From the IMG/VR virus record IMGVR_UViG_3300030376_003496: a stretch of 20,000 nucleotides of DNA. One strand, written 5' to 3'. A program made the position numbers and the translations under genes. The notes beneath the pieces are model-generated. The model worked only from the letters and a program-made list of their open reading frames with translations. It was not told where the DNA came from and searched no databases. Position 1 is the stretch's first letter. Every line of letters starts with the position of its first letter. Origin of the DNA: an uncultured virus (IMG/VR IMGVR_UViG_3300030376_003496) (lineage: Duplodnaviria > Heunggongvirae > Uroviricota > Caudoviricetes). This document shows positions 7,159 through 14,786 of this stretch, piece after piece.

Positions 7159-7243
7159 GGCTCTGTGGCGGAATTGGCAGACGCAACGGACTTAAAATCC
7201 GTCGAGGGTAAACCTCATGGGGGTTCGAGTCCCCCCGGAGCTA
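7159..7243 (+). tRNA. tRNA-Leu (anticodon UAA)
   Basis: Acceptor GGCTCTG/CGGAGCT, anticodon arm ACGGA-CTTAAAA-TCCGT, long variable arm GAGG-GTAAA-CCTC, T arm GGGGG-TTCGAGT-CCCCC; no CCA. Confidence 0.95.
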
Positions 7244-7259
7244 TTAGAAAGGAGTATTT

Positions 7260-7454
7260 ATGTACGGTAAAGGTGATAAATACAGGGACGTTGATAAGAA
7301 AAAGTACGATGAACAGTATGAAAAGATTTTTGGAAAGAAAAAATTTAACATCATGAGTGACAAGGAGTCCAATGACAGTATGGGAAGCGTACACAAAAGA
7401 AGAAAAAACAAGGCTAACAAATCTTCAGTTAGCAAACGAAGACAAAGCCGCTAA
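7260..7454 (+). CDS. Small Lys-rich protein overlapping the RNAP start
   Basis: AAAGGAG RBS; N-terminal GKGDKYRDVDKKKYDEQYEKIFGKK resembles a small phage peptide type I recall but cannot verify here. Confidence 0.6.
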   Translation: MYGKGDKYRDVDKKKYDEQYEKIFGKKKFNIMSDKESNDSMGSVHKRRKNKANKSSVSKRRQSR

Positions 7455-9936
7455 ACAATCTATTGCAAAGTACCTTAACAATGTTAACATGTCCCCTAGT
7501 GCCTCTCCACGCGAGAAGGAATTTGTATTTGACTATACAGAATACCTTAGTGATTACATTAAGTGGACAGAAGAACAGTACGAAAAAGTAAAGAAGAAGC
7601 CTTACTGGCTTACTATTGCTCACTTGTTAGGTGCTGAACGTTGTGCTGCTATTGTTGTTAAAGCTTTGCTTGATAGCTGCTTATCGTCTCGTTTGATCCA
7701 AGCATCAGACGGTATTAAATACGATAACTATAACTTAGGAGACTTGAGATCCCAGACTAAACAGAATATACTTGGAGTTATATCAAGAGAACTGTGGCTT
7801 GCTATTGGCATACGCTTGGCTAAAGAAAACTACGGCGAAGAGTTTGCTCGACAGTCTCATTACTTCAAGAACTGGAATAAAAAGAGAATGAAAGCGTTTG
7901 CACGTAAGTGCCAAACGTTGCCTACATGGGATAACCAAAAGAGAAATGTGGTTGCCTTATCGTTTTATACTTTAATGGTAGGAAACAAAGAAAGCGTTAT
8001 GCCCTTTGTTGAGAATCCTATTACTATTGTAAAGAACGGACAGATTAAAAGACATACTATTATCTCACTACGAGAAGAGTTTACGAAAAACTTTGAGGCA
8101 TTTCATAATTTCTACCAATACTATAAGTGGTTGTATTACCCGATGGTATGCCCACCTATTCCTCACAACTATCCTAACAGGACAGCAGAGGACTGGGGTG
8201 GTGCTTTACATCTAGAGTACAGGAAGTCATCTGTTCATAACACAAGAGCAGGTAATTACTACAAGAACAATAGTGAGCATAGCCAGCAGTCAATCAATGC
8301 GCTTAATGCATTGCAAGGTACTGAATGGAGCATCAACAAAAGAGTTCTTGAGGTAATGACTAACTTGTACAAGTCTAATCGACAGGTGTGTAACCTGCCT
8401 CCTTATGAGCACGATGAGTTTGTGTTTAGCAAACCTTTCCCTGAAGGAGAAGAAAAAGAAGTAATAGCTAAATGGAAAAACGAACGGGCGGAGGCTTGGG
8501 GTCTATGGGAAAAGACTAAGCAAAAGAGAATGCAAATGGAAATGCGTTTGCTTATTGCTGATGATCTTAAAGACCTGACGTTTTGGCATGGTTATTCTTC
8601 TGACTTCAGAGGCAGGTGCTATACACAGTCATCGTTTCTATCTCCTCAGAGTGGTGACTTTGACTGCGGTATAATTCAATTTGCTGAAGGGGCTAAACTA
8701 GAGGCAAATGAAGTTAAAGAAGAATGTGATTACTTCTGGTTAAAAGTTCACTTAGCTAATAGATGGGACTTTGATAAAGCTTCTTTTGAAGAACGTGCTC
8801 AATGGGTTGATGATAACATTGCTATGCTTCGTCAAGTGTACGAAGACCCTGAGGGTACTGTAGACCTTTGGAAAGATGACAAAGCTAAAAAGAATGTGTC
8901 ATTCAGACGGCTGGCTGACACTATTGATTTCTTTGTTGCTTTAGAAACAGGTTACTCGTATGTTCCTAAGAATCTGGATGGAACATGCAACGGTATTCAA
9001 CACTGGGTTGGTACAACAAAGGCTGAGAACTTAGCTGAACTTGTCAATGTTATTAAAACTCTTGAACCGGGTGACATGTATAAGTTTATTGCTCATAACG
9101 CTACTGCAAAAATGCAAGCAGAGCGTGATGCCAATCAATACTTTGATATGTTTTTAACCCATTGGGAGCATACAGAAAAAGACAAGAAGATGCCAAGAGG
9201 GCTACCTAAAAGAACTGTAATGTGTGATCCATACGGGGTTACATTCTACAGTGCAAGGCAGTACATTCGATCTGAAGGACATCTTGACTGGTGCAGACCA
9301 TTGCTCGAAGAGCGTGGCCTAAGCTGGCAGGGAGCCATCATGGAATGTACGTCAGTAATTTGGGAAGCACTGCAAGAAGCATTGATCTTACCTAATGAAG
9401 CTAAAGAATACATTAAAGATTGTGTTGAAGTTTGTTACAACAGTGATGACAGAAAGAAGAAGCCACTCCAATGGACAACTCCTTCTGGATTTAAGGTTAG
9501 GCAATATTATACAGAACATATAGAATATATTACTGATATTGCTTTATTGCTAAAGAATGATGTACGCATCAGATCTACAGCAGAAATGTGGCAGTTTACT
9601 GATAACATGGACGTTAGGAAAATGGCAACTGCTATTCCTCCTAATTGGGTTCATTCAATTGATGCTGCACATATGGTATTTGTGGTACTCGCTTTGCTGG
9701 CTATGGGATGCAGAAACTTCTGTATGATCCATGACAGCTTTGGCGTACCCGTCACTTACCTAAAGTATTTACCACGTATATCAAGGGAAACATTTTATGA
9801 AATTCACAAAGAAAGTCAACTCGAATTATTTAAACAAGACCTCGAAAACTTTTCCGGTCACGAACTCCCAGACATTCCAGAACAAGGTAGCCTCGTTCCA
9901 GAAGAAATTCTCGAATCTGAATATCTCTTCTGCTGA
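7372..9936 (+). CDS. T7-like single-subunit DNA-directed RNA polymerase (854 aa)
   Basis: PMVCPP, DFRGRCY, motif A LDGTCNGIQH, motif B RGLPKRTVMCDPYG, WTTPSGFKVRQYY, PPNWVHSIDAAH, motif C IHDSFG, C-terminal SEYLFC; AAGGAG RBS before ATG 7372. Confidence 0.97.
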   Translation: MTVWEAYTKEEKTRLTNLQLANEDKAAKQSIAKYLNNVNMSPSASPREKEFVFDYTEYLSDYIKWTEEQYEKVKKKPYWLTIAHLLGAERCAAIVVKALLDSCLSSRLIQASDGIKYDNYNLGDLRSQTKQNILGVISRELWLAIGIRLAKENYGEEFARQSHYFKNWNKKRMKAFARKCQTLPTWDNQKRNVVALSFYTLMVGNKESVMPFVENPITIVKNGQIKRHTIISLREEFTKNFEAFHNFYQYYKWLYYPMVCPPIPHNYPNRTAEDWGGALHLEYRKSSVHNTRAGNYYKNNSEHSQQSINALNALQGTEWSINKRVLEVMTNLYKSNRQVCNLPPYEHDEFVFSKPFPEGEEKEVIAKWKNERAEAWGLWEKTKQKRMQMEMRLLIADDLKDLTFWHGYSSDFRGRCYTQSSFLSPQSGDFDCGIIQFAEGAKLEANEVKEECDYFWLKVHLANRWDFDKASFEERAQWVDDNIAMLRQVYEDPEGTVDLWKDDKAKKNVSFRRLADTIDFFVALETGYSYVPKNLDGTCNGIQHWVGTTKAENLAELVNVIKTLEPGDMYKFIAHNATAKMQAERDANQYFDMFLTHWEHTEKDKKMPRGLPKRTVMCDPYGVTFYSARQYIRSEGHLDWCRPLLEERGLSWQGAIMECTSVIWEALQEALILPNEAKEYIKDCVEVCYNSDDRKKKPLQWTTPSGFKVRQYYTEHIEYITDIALLLKNDVRIRSTAEMWQFTDNMDVRKMATAIPPNWVHSIDAAHMVFVVLALLAMGCRNFCMIHDSFGVPVTYLKYLPRISRETFYEIHKESQLELFKQDLENFSGHELPDIPEQGSLVPEEILESEYLFC

Positions 9937-9970
9937 ATGGTTGAAATCTATCCTTAACGAAGGTAGAATC

Positions 9971-10273
9971 ATGAGAGTAAGATGGAAGGACGCTCAATCA
10001 ACCGGCGGACCCGGATGGGAAGATGCTGAAGATATTAAAGAAGCCGCTTCTGCTGAGATTTGTATTGTAAACACTATTGGTTATGTTATTAATTTTACTG
10101 AAGACAGAATTGTTCTGACGGATACTATTCAACATGACGGGCAAGCGGGAGGCGCAGTGCATCTCATCCCTATAGAAATGGTACAAGAAATTCACTACCT
10201 CAAGGAGGATAGTTTTGATGTTCAAACACACAACAACGATCAACTCGGAACACACAATGGAGGAACTGCTTGA
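9971..10273 (+). CDS. Hypothetical phage protein (WxDA...GW...TxG...IP type)
   Basis: VRWKDA, GWED, VNTIGY, LIPIEMV pattern. The start is uncertain because the frame is open upstream into the RNAP gene. Confidence 0.7.
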   Translation: MRVRWKDAQSTGGPGWEDAEDIKEAASAEICIVNTIGYVINFTEDRIVLTDTIQHDGQAGGAVHLIPIEMVQEIHYLKEDSFDVQTHNNDQLGTHNGGTA

Positions 10274-10493
10274 TACTATTGAGTTTAATATCCTAGAAGG
10301 AGAAAACGCAACGTATCAAATTATTCTTCCCTCTATTAAATGGGTGAACATTATTCTTGATAACGTGCAGACTATTGGAGATAAGCATCTTTCTAAAGAA
10401 GACGATCTTTCAGAAGATCTTGTAAACATTGAATTTGTAGTAGATAGTACTGACGATAACTTTCCAGAAGAGGATTACTTTAATGCAGAATAA
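10218..10493 (+). CDS. Acidic hypothetical protein (91 aa)
   Basis: Strong AAGGAGG RBS; overlaps the start of the sigma gene. Confidence 0.75.
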   Translation: MFKHTTTINSEHTMEELLDTIEFNILEGENATYQIILPSIKWVNIILDNVQTIGDKHLSKEDDLSEDLVNIEFVVDSTDDNFPEEDYFNAE

Positions 10494-11058
10494 GTTTAGA
10501 AACTACGAAACAGACCCTATTGATATGAACAACAATGATGATCTTATTGAGTTGATTAATAACATTATTGGTACAAAGATTAATCAGGGTTACTTTAGGC
10601 GTTGGTCTAAAGATGCTTTGTTAAGTGAAGGTTGGATTCAAATTCAGTCTCTCATTGAAACTTGGGACAAAAGTAAAGGGGTGGCCTTTAATAAGTATTG
10701 CTATTTGTACCTTCCTTCTAGAATTTCTGACGGAATGCAGGGCTTTGAAGAAGGTATGGCTAAGAACAAGCCCGGTTCTGAATTTCGTTATGCTCACCGA
10801 GCTTGGCAGTTTGACGAATATGAAGATGCTCACACTAACCCAGCAAACGGTGCTTCATGTGAAGACACTTTTGCACAACACAAAGACACAATAGTAGACA
10901 GGGTTTTGAATCACCCTAGTCTTACTGAGGCTGAACGTACTGTTGTTGATATGATTGGCAGAGGGACAACAATGAAAGCCATTGGCGCGGCTATGGGCGT
11001 AACTGAGTCCCGTATTTCGCAGCGATGCAAACTGATTAGGAGCAAGATTAATGAGTAG
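10483..11058 (+). CDS. Sigma-70 family sigma factor-like protein (FliA/WhiG-like regions 2 and 4)
   Basis: Region 2-like DALLSEGWIQIQSLIETWDKSKGVAFNKY; region 4 HTH LTEAERTVV...TMKAIGAAMGVTESRISQ. Confidence 0.82.
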   Translation: MQNKFRNYETDPIDMNNNDDLIELINNIIGTKINQGYFRRWSKDALLSEGWIQIQSLIETWDKSKGVAFNKYCYLYLPSRISDGMQGFEEGMAKNKPGSEFRYAHRAWQFDEYEDAHTNPANGASCEDTFAQHKDTIVDRVLNHPSLTEAERTVVDMIGRGTTMKAIGAAMGVTESRISQRCKLIRSKINE

Positions 11059-11710
11059 AGTATTAGTAATTGGGGATCTACATGCCCCCGCTGTTAGAGA
11101 AGACTACTTTGATTTCGTTAGAAGTATACGAAGAAAGTATAGAACTGATCAGACAGTATTTATTGGTGACGTTATAGATCACCATGTTATTTCGTACCAC
11201 AAAGCAAACCCTGAATCGCCCGACGCAATCAGGGAATACAACCTTGCTTTTGAAACTGTTAAGCGTTGGTACAAGGCGTACCCAAACGCTACTGTAACTA
11301 TCGGTAATCACGATAGTCGAGTGCATAGACTTGCAGCAGATGCTGGCATTCCTTCTATGTACCTCAAAGAATACAATGAACTTTATAAAACAAAGAATTG
11401 GGAATGGAAACATAATGTTGAGTTGGATGGGGTTTATTACTATCATGGCACCGGTGCTGCTTCTGCTTACCCGGCATTTAATGCAGCTAGAACACGCAAT
11501 CAGTCAGTCGTTATGGGTCACCATCATACAAAGGCAGCTATTAATTGGATGTGTGGGTCTAACAATCATCGTATTTTTGGTATGTCTGTTGGGTGTGGAG
11601 TAGACAATGACCACCTTGCCATGCTGTACGCAGAACATTATCTTATTAAACCTATTCACGCATGTGGGGTAGTGGTCAATGGGCACCCCTATCTCGAACT
11701 CATGCCATAA
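11051..11710 (+). CDS. Calcineurin-like metallophosphoesterase
   Basis: GDLH, GDVID, GNHD, HG and GHHH motifs in canonical order. Confidence 0.92.
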   Translation: MSRVLVIGDLHAPAVREDYFDFVRSIRRKYRTDQTVFIGDVIDHHVISYHKANPESPDAIREYNLAFETVKRWYKAYPNATVTIGNHDSRVHRLAADAGIPSMYLKEYNELYKTKNWEWKHNVELDGVYYYHGTGAASAYPAFNAARTRNQSVVMGHHHTKAAINWMCGSNNHRIFGMSVGCGVDNDHLAMLYAEHYLIKPIHACGVVVNGHPYLELMP

Positions 11711-11730
11711 AACCCATGCTATTACAATAG
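11709..11730 (+). promoter_or_regulatory. Candidate phage promoter, copy 2
   Basis: AAAACCCATGCTATTACAATAG; lies ahead of the SSB/replication cluster and is similar to 2706-2727. Confidence 0.4.
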
Positions 11731-11757
11731 GCACCTACTGTGCCGGAAAGGATAACT

Positions 11758-11961
11758 ATGAGTGAAGAAACTGTAGTTGAAGAAACCATTAAAGAAGAGG
11801 TGTCTGGACAGCCGATTGGTGTACAGGCACAAGTAGTTCTTTCCTACTTGGAAGAACTCTATGGGGCAATTACTATGCTTAGTAGTAACCTCAGTAACCA
11901 GATTAAGTCCCTCTCAGATGTCATTGATAACGCCAACAAGGAGAACGAAACTAATGACTGA
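11758..11961 (+). CDS. Small acidic, probably helical hypothetical protein (67 aa)
   Basis: GAAAGGA RBS; ATGACTGA overlap with the SSB gene. Confidence 0.7.
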   Translation: MSEETVVEETIKEEVSGQPIGVQAQVVLSYLEELYGAITMLSSNLSNQIKSLSDVIDNANKENETND

Positions 11962-12481
11962 TCGACCCACTGCTACCATTAAGACCGGCGACCTGACTGT
12001 GAAGTACTCTCATGTCTCCGTACCTGACACCAAGTTCAATGCTGAAGGTGAGTATAAGATCACCGTGATGCACGACGAGGAACTCGAAGCCAAGCTCCAG
12101 AAGCTTGCTGACGAGTGGAAGGTTGACCAGCCTTTTGTCAAGACCGTCAAGGATGGCTCCAAGGTTATTACCTTCAAGTCAAAGTATGCACCTAAGATGT
12201 ATACTGCTGATGACGTTGAAGCAAGAGCCAAGGGGTTCTGCTGGTCCGGTGATACCGTTAACATCAACTCTGTTTGCTACCCCGTTGAGGTCATGGGTAA
12301 GACCTACCTCTCAATGAAGTTTAACGCTGTACTCCTCAAGCATGTGAATGAGTCAGAACAGCGTGAAGCTAGTAACCCGTTCGGAACTGGTAGCGCAGTG
12401 TCGGCCAGTGATGTGAGTGAGACTGATGGTGAACAGCCTGATGCTCCTACTGTCATCACTGATGAAATCCCATTCGATTAA
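11954..12481 (+). CDS. Single-stranded DNA-binding protein (T7 gp2.5-like)
   Basis: PDTKFNAEGEYKITV and ITFKSKYAP motifs, acidic tail ending DEIPFD, position before resolvase and primase; AAGGAG RBS. Confidence 0.85.
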   Translation: MTDRPTATIKTGDLTVKYSHVSVPDTKFNAEGEYKITVMHDEELEAKLQKLADEWKVDQPFVKTVKDGSKVITFKSKYAPKMYTADDVEARAKGFCWSGDTVNINSVCYPVEVMGKTYLSMKFNAVLLKHVNESEQREASNPFGTGSAVSASDVSETDGEQPDAPTVITDEIPFD

Positions 12482-12490
12482 GGAGACCGT

Positions 12491-12880
12491 ATGAATGCTG
12501 GTGAATGGACTTTTAATATAAATCCAGTTGCAGCCAGCCGTCCTCGGGTATCCAAACATGGACATGCGTACTTTACTGGTGCGTATAAACAATTTCGTAA
12601 AGATATGATCGATGTGGCCGAGGCGGTCCTTGGAGAATTTGAACCTCTCCAAGGGCCGTTATCGGTTGATCTGGAGCTATATGTCTGCAAACCTAAGACT
12701 ACTAAGTTGTCATCACCAAGGGGTGACATTGATAACTTTACTAAAGCGGTCTTTGATTCTCTCAATGGTGTACTGTGGGAGGATGACCGGCAAATAGAAA
12801 AGCTTTATGTTGTGAAATGTTGGACCGAGAGTCCTGAACAAGACGGTTGGTTTAGAATTGGAGTAAACCAAATTGATTAA
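12491..12880 (+). CDS. rusA: RusA-family Holliday junction resolvase
   Basis: PVAASRPRV N-terminus and GDIDNFTKAVFDSLNGVLWEDDRQI catalytic motif. Confidence 0.92.
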   Translation: MNAGEWTFNINPVAASRPRVSKHGHAYFTGAYKQFRKDMIDVAEAVLGEFEPLQGPLSVDLELYVCKPKTTKLSSPRGDIDNFTKAVFDSLNGVLWEDDRQIEKLYVVKCWTESPEQDGWFRIGVNQID

Positions 12881-13025
12881 CGTATTCAAAAAGATTCTTA
12901 CTGAGCTAGTTGACGATGCCGTGCAGGTTGAGTCCGATGGTGATGACGCTGGTTATTACTGGGAGATCAACGTGACTGACGAATCTATGGAAAACATTGT
13001 TAAGGTACTTAACTCAGATGACTGA
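12873..13025 (+). CDS. Small acidic protein (50 aa, not in the ORF track)
   Basis: GGAG RBS, TTG start; MINVFKKILTELVDDAVQVESDGDDAGYYWEINVTDESMENIVKVLNSDD*; overlaps both neighbours by 8 nt. Confidence 0.6.
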   Translation: MINVFKKILTELVDDAVQVESDGDDAGYYWEINVTDESMENIVKVLNSDD

Positions 13026-14781
13026 AGAAGATAGCTACGTCGTTGACAGAGAGCAGTGTCCCAAGTGTGCCGAACAAGGGTTCGACCGCTCGGGTGATAA
13101 TCTGGTTGTCTACTCAGATGACCACAAGTATTGTTTTCGTTGTGAATACTATGTCCCCTCAAACAACAGCAACAAGGAGAAGATTGCTATGGAACCCACT
13201 ACGTTTGACTTCAAGAAGTACAATGGATCTTGCGTTGATATCGCGGATCGAAAGATTGACCACAAGACCTGCCGTAAGTACGGCTATCAGGTGGCGAACG
13301 TGGGCGGTAAGGAGATGCACATCGCACCTTACTACCGTAATGGAGAACTTGTAGCACAGCACCTGCGCGGACCTGACAAGCAGTTTAAGTGGTCCGGTTC
13401 ACCGAGTAACTGCGAACTGTTCGGCCAGAATCTCTTTAAGAGTAATGGCGGTAAAAGACTGGTGATTACTGAAGGTGAACTGGACTGCTTGACTGTCAGT
13501 CAGTTGCTGGGTACGTGGCCTGTTGTGTCCGTACCGAATGGTGCTTCGTCTGCAATGAAGTACATCAAGGGTAACCTTGAATTTGTTAATAGCTATGAAG
13601 AAATCGTTCTGATGTTTGACATGGATGATGCGGGACAAGAGGCTGCTCGTAAGGTGGCTGAGATCCTCCCTCCGGGCCGCGCTAAGATTGCCAAGCTTCC
13701 GTACAAGGATGCCAGTGACTGCTACGTCAAGGGCAACTCCAAGGCTGTGGTGAACGCTGTATGGGAAGCTCAAGCGTATAGCCCAGATGAGATCCTCCAT
13801 GTCAGTGACGTTGAAGATTCTTCAAACGATCTGGTTGATGCCAAAGTGTGGGCATTCCCGTGGGACAAGATGTCAGAGTTTTGCCTTGGTCAACGATCAG
13901 GCGAAATCACTTTGCACTGCTCAGGTACTGGCTCAGGTAAGTCAACTATTCTTAGAGAAATTATGCATCATCACCTGAGTGAAGGACGTTCTGTCGGTGC
14001 TATTATGCTCGAAGAATCTCCTAAAGAAACTATTGACGATATGATTTCTTTGATGCTTAGTAAACCCGTTCGTGCAATTCGTGCTTCACGCATGATGAAC
14101 GAACTCAGAAATAAAATGGGTAAAGACCCGATTGATATTGAGATCGTTGATGATCTAACCGATGATGAGTATGCGGATGCTCGAAAGAGACTTTCCGCTA
14201 CGAGCTTTTACGTTTACGATCATTTAGGAAACAATGGTATGGCGAACCTTCTCGCACGAATGGAATTCATGGCAATCTCTCTTGGGGTCGAGGTTATTGT
14301 TTTGGATCACATTACTGCGGCTGCGGCAGGACTTATGGGCCTGAGCAACAAGGACGTTGACGGTGGTAGTTCAGAAAGAATTATTATCGATAGCATCATG
14401 AAAGAACTCCGTGCCCTGTGTGTTCGCACTGGTGTTCACATTGATATTGTTTCTCAGCTTAAGAAGACAGACAAGGCTTATGAAGAAGGTAACCGTATTA
14501 CCTTGCAGGATCTCCGTGGCTCTGGTGCTCTGGCATCTGTGCCTAACACGGTTATTGCGCTCGAACGTAACCGACAAGACCCCGATCCTGTTGTTAGTAA
14601 CACTACTATTGTTCGTGTGCTTAAGAACAGACTTACTGGTCGCTGTGGTATTGCATCTGCATTGTTCTACGACCGCACTACTTCAAGACTTGCAGAAAAG
14701 GACTTTGCGTTTGGAGATGATGGTGAAGTTATGTTTGAAGCCAACCCCTTTGGGGAAGGCAAGTCCATTAATGAGGATTAA
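13018..14781 (+). CDS. DNA primase-helicase (T7 gp4-like)
   Basis: Zn ribbon CPKC...CFRC, TOPRIM ITEGELD and FDMDDAG, Walker A SGTGSGKST, LDHIT, DLRGSG, VLKNRLTG. Confidence 0.97.
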   Translation: MTEEDSYVVDREQCPKCAEQGFDRSGDNLVVYSDDHKYCFRCEYYVPSNNSNKEKIAMEPTTFDFKKYNGSCVDIADRKIDHKTCRKYGYQVANVGGKEMHIAPYYRNGELVAQHLRGPDKQFKWSGSPSNCELFGQNLFKSNGGKRLVITEGELDCLTVSQLLGTWPVVSVPNGASSAMKYIKGNLEFVNSYEEIVLMFDMDDAGQEAARKVAEILPPGRAKIAKLPYKDASDCYVKGNSKAVVNAVWEAQAYSPDEILHVSDVEDSSNDLVDAKVWAFPWDKMSEFCLGQRSGEITLHCSGTGSGKSTILREIMHHHLSEGRSVGAIMLEESPKETIDDMISLMLSKPVRAIRASRMMNELRNKMGKDPIDIEIVDDLTDDEYADARKRLSATSFYVYDHLGNNGMANLLARMEFMAISLGVEVIVLDHITAAAAGLMGLSNKDVDGGSSERIIIDSIMKELRALCVRTGVHIDIVSQLKKTDKAYEEGNRITLQDLRGSGALASVPNTVIALERNRQDPDPVVSNTTIVRVLKNRLTGRCGIASALFYDRTTSRLAEKDFAFGDDGEVMFEANPFGEGKSINED

Positions 14782-14786
14782 ATGAC

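Noticed and set aside
6361..7372. tRNAs as a prophage attachment site or host boundary
   Set aside because: No integrase is recognisable, and phage-type genes continue on the same strand on both sides.
9797..9970. Long N-terminal extension of ORF 9797..10273 overlapping the RNAP C-terminus
   Set aside because: A 140-nt overlap with conserved RNAP sequence is unlikely, and the recognisable pattern starts near 9971.
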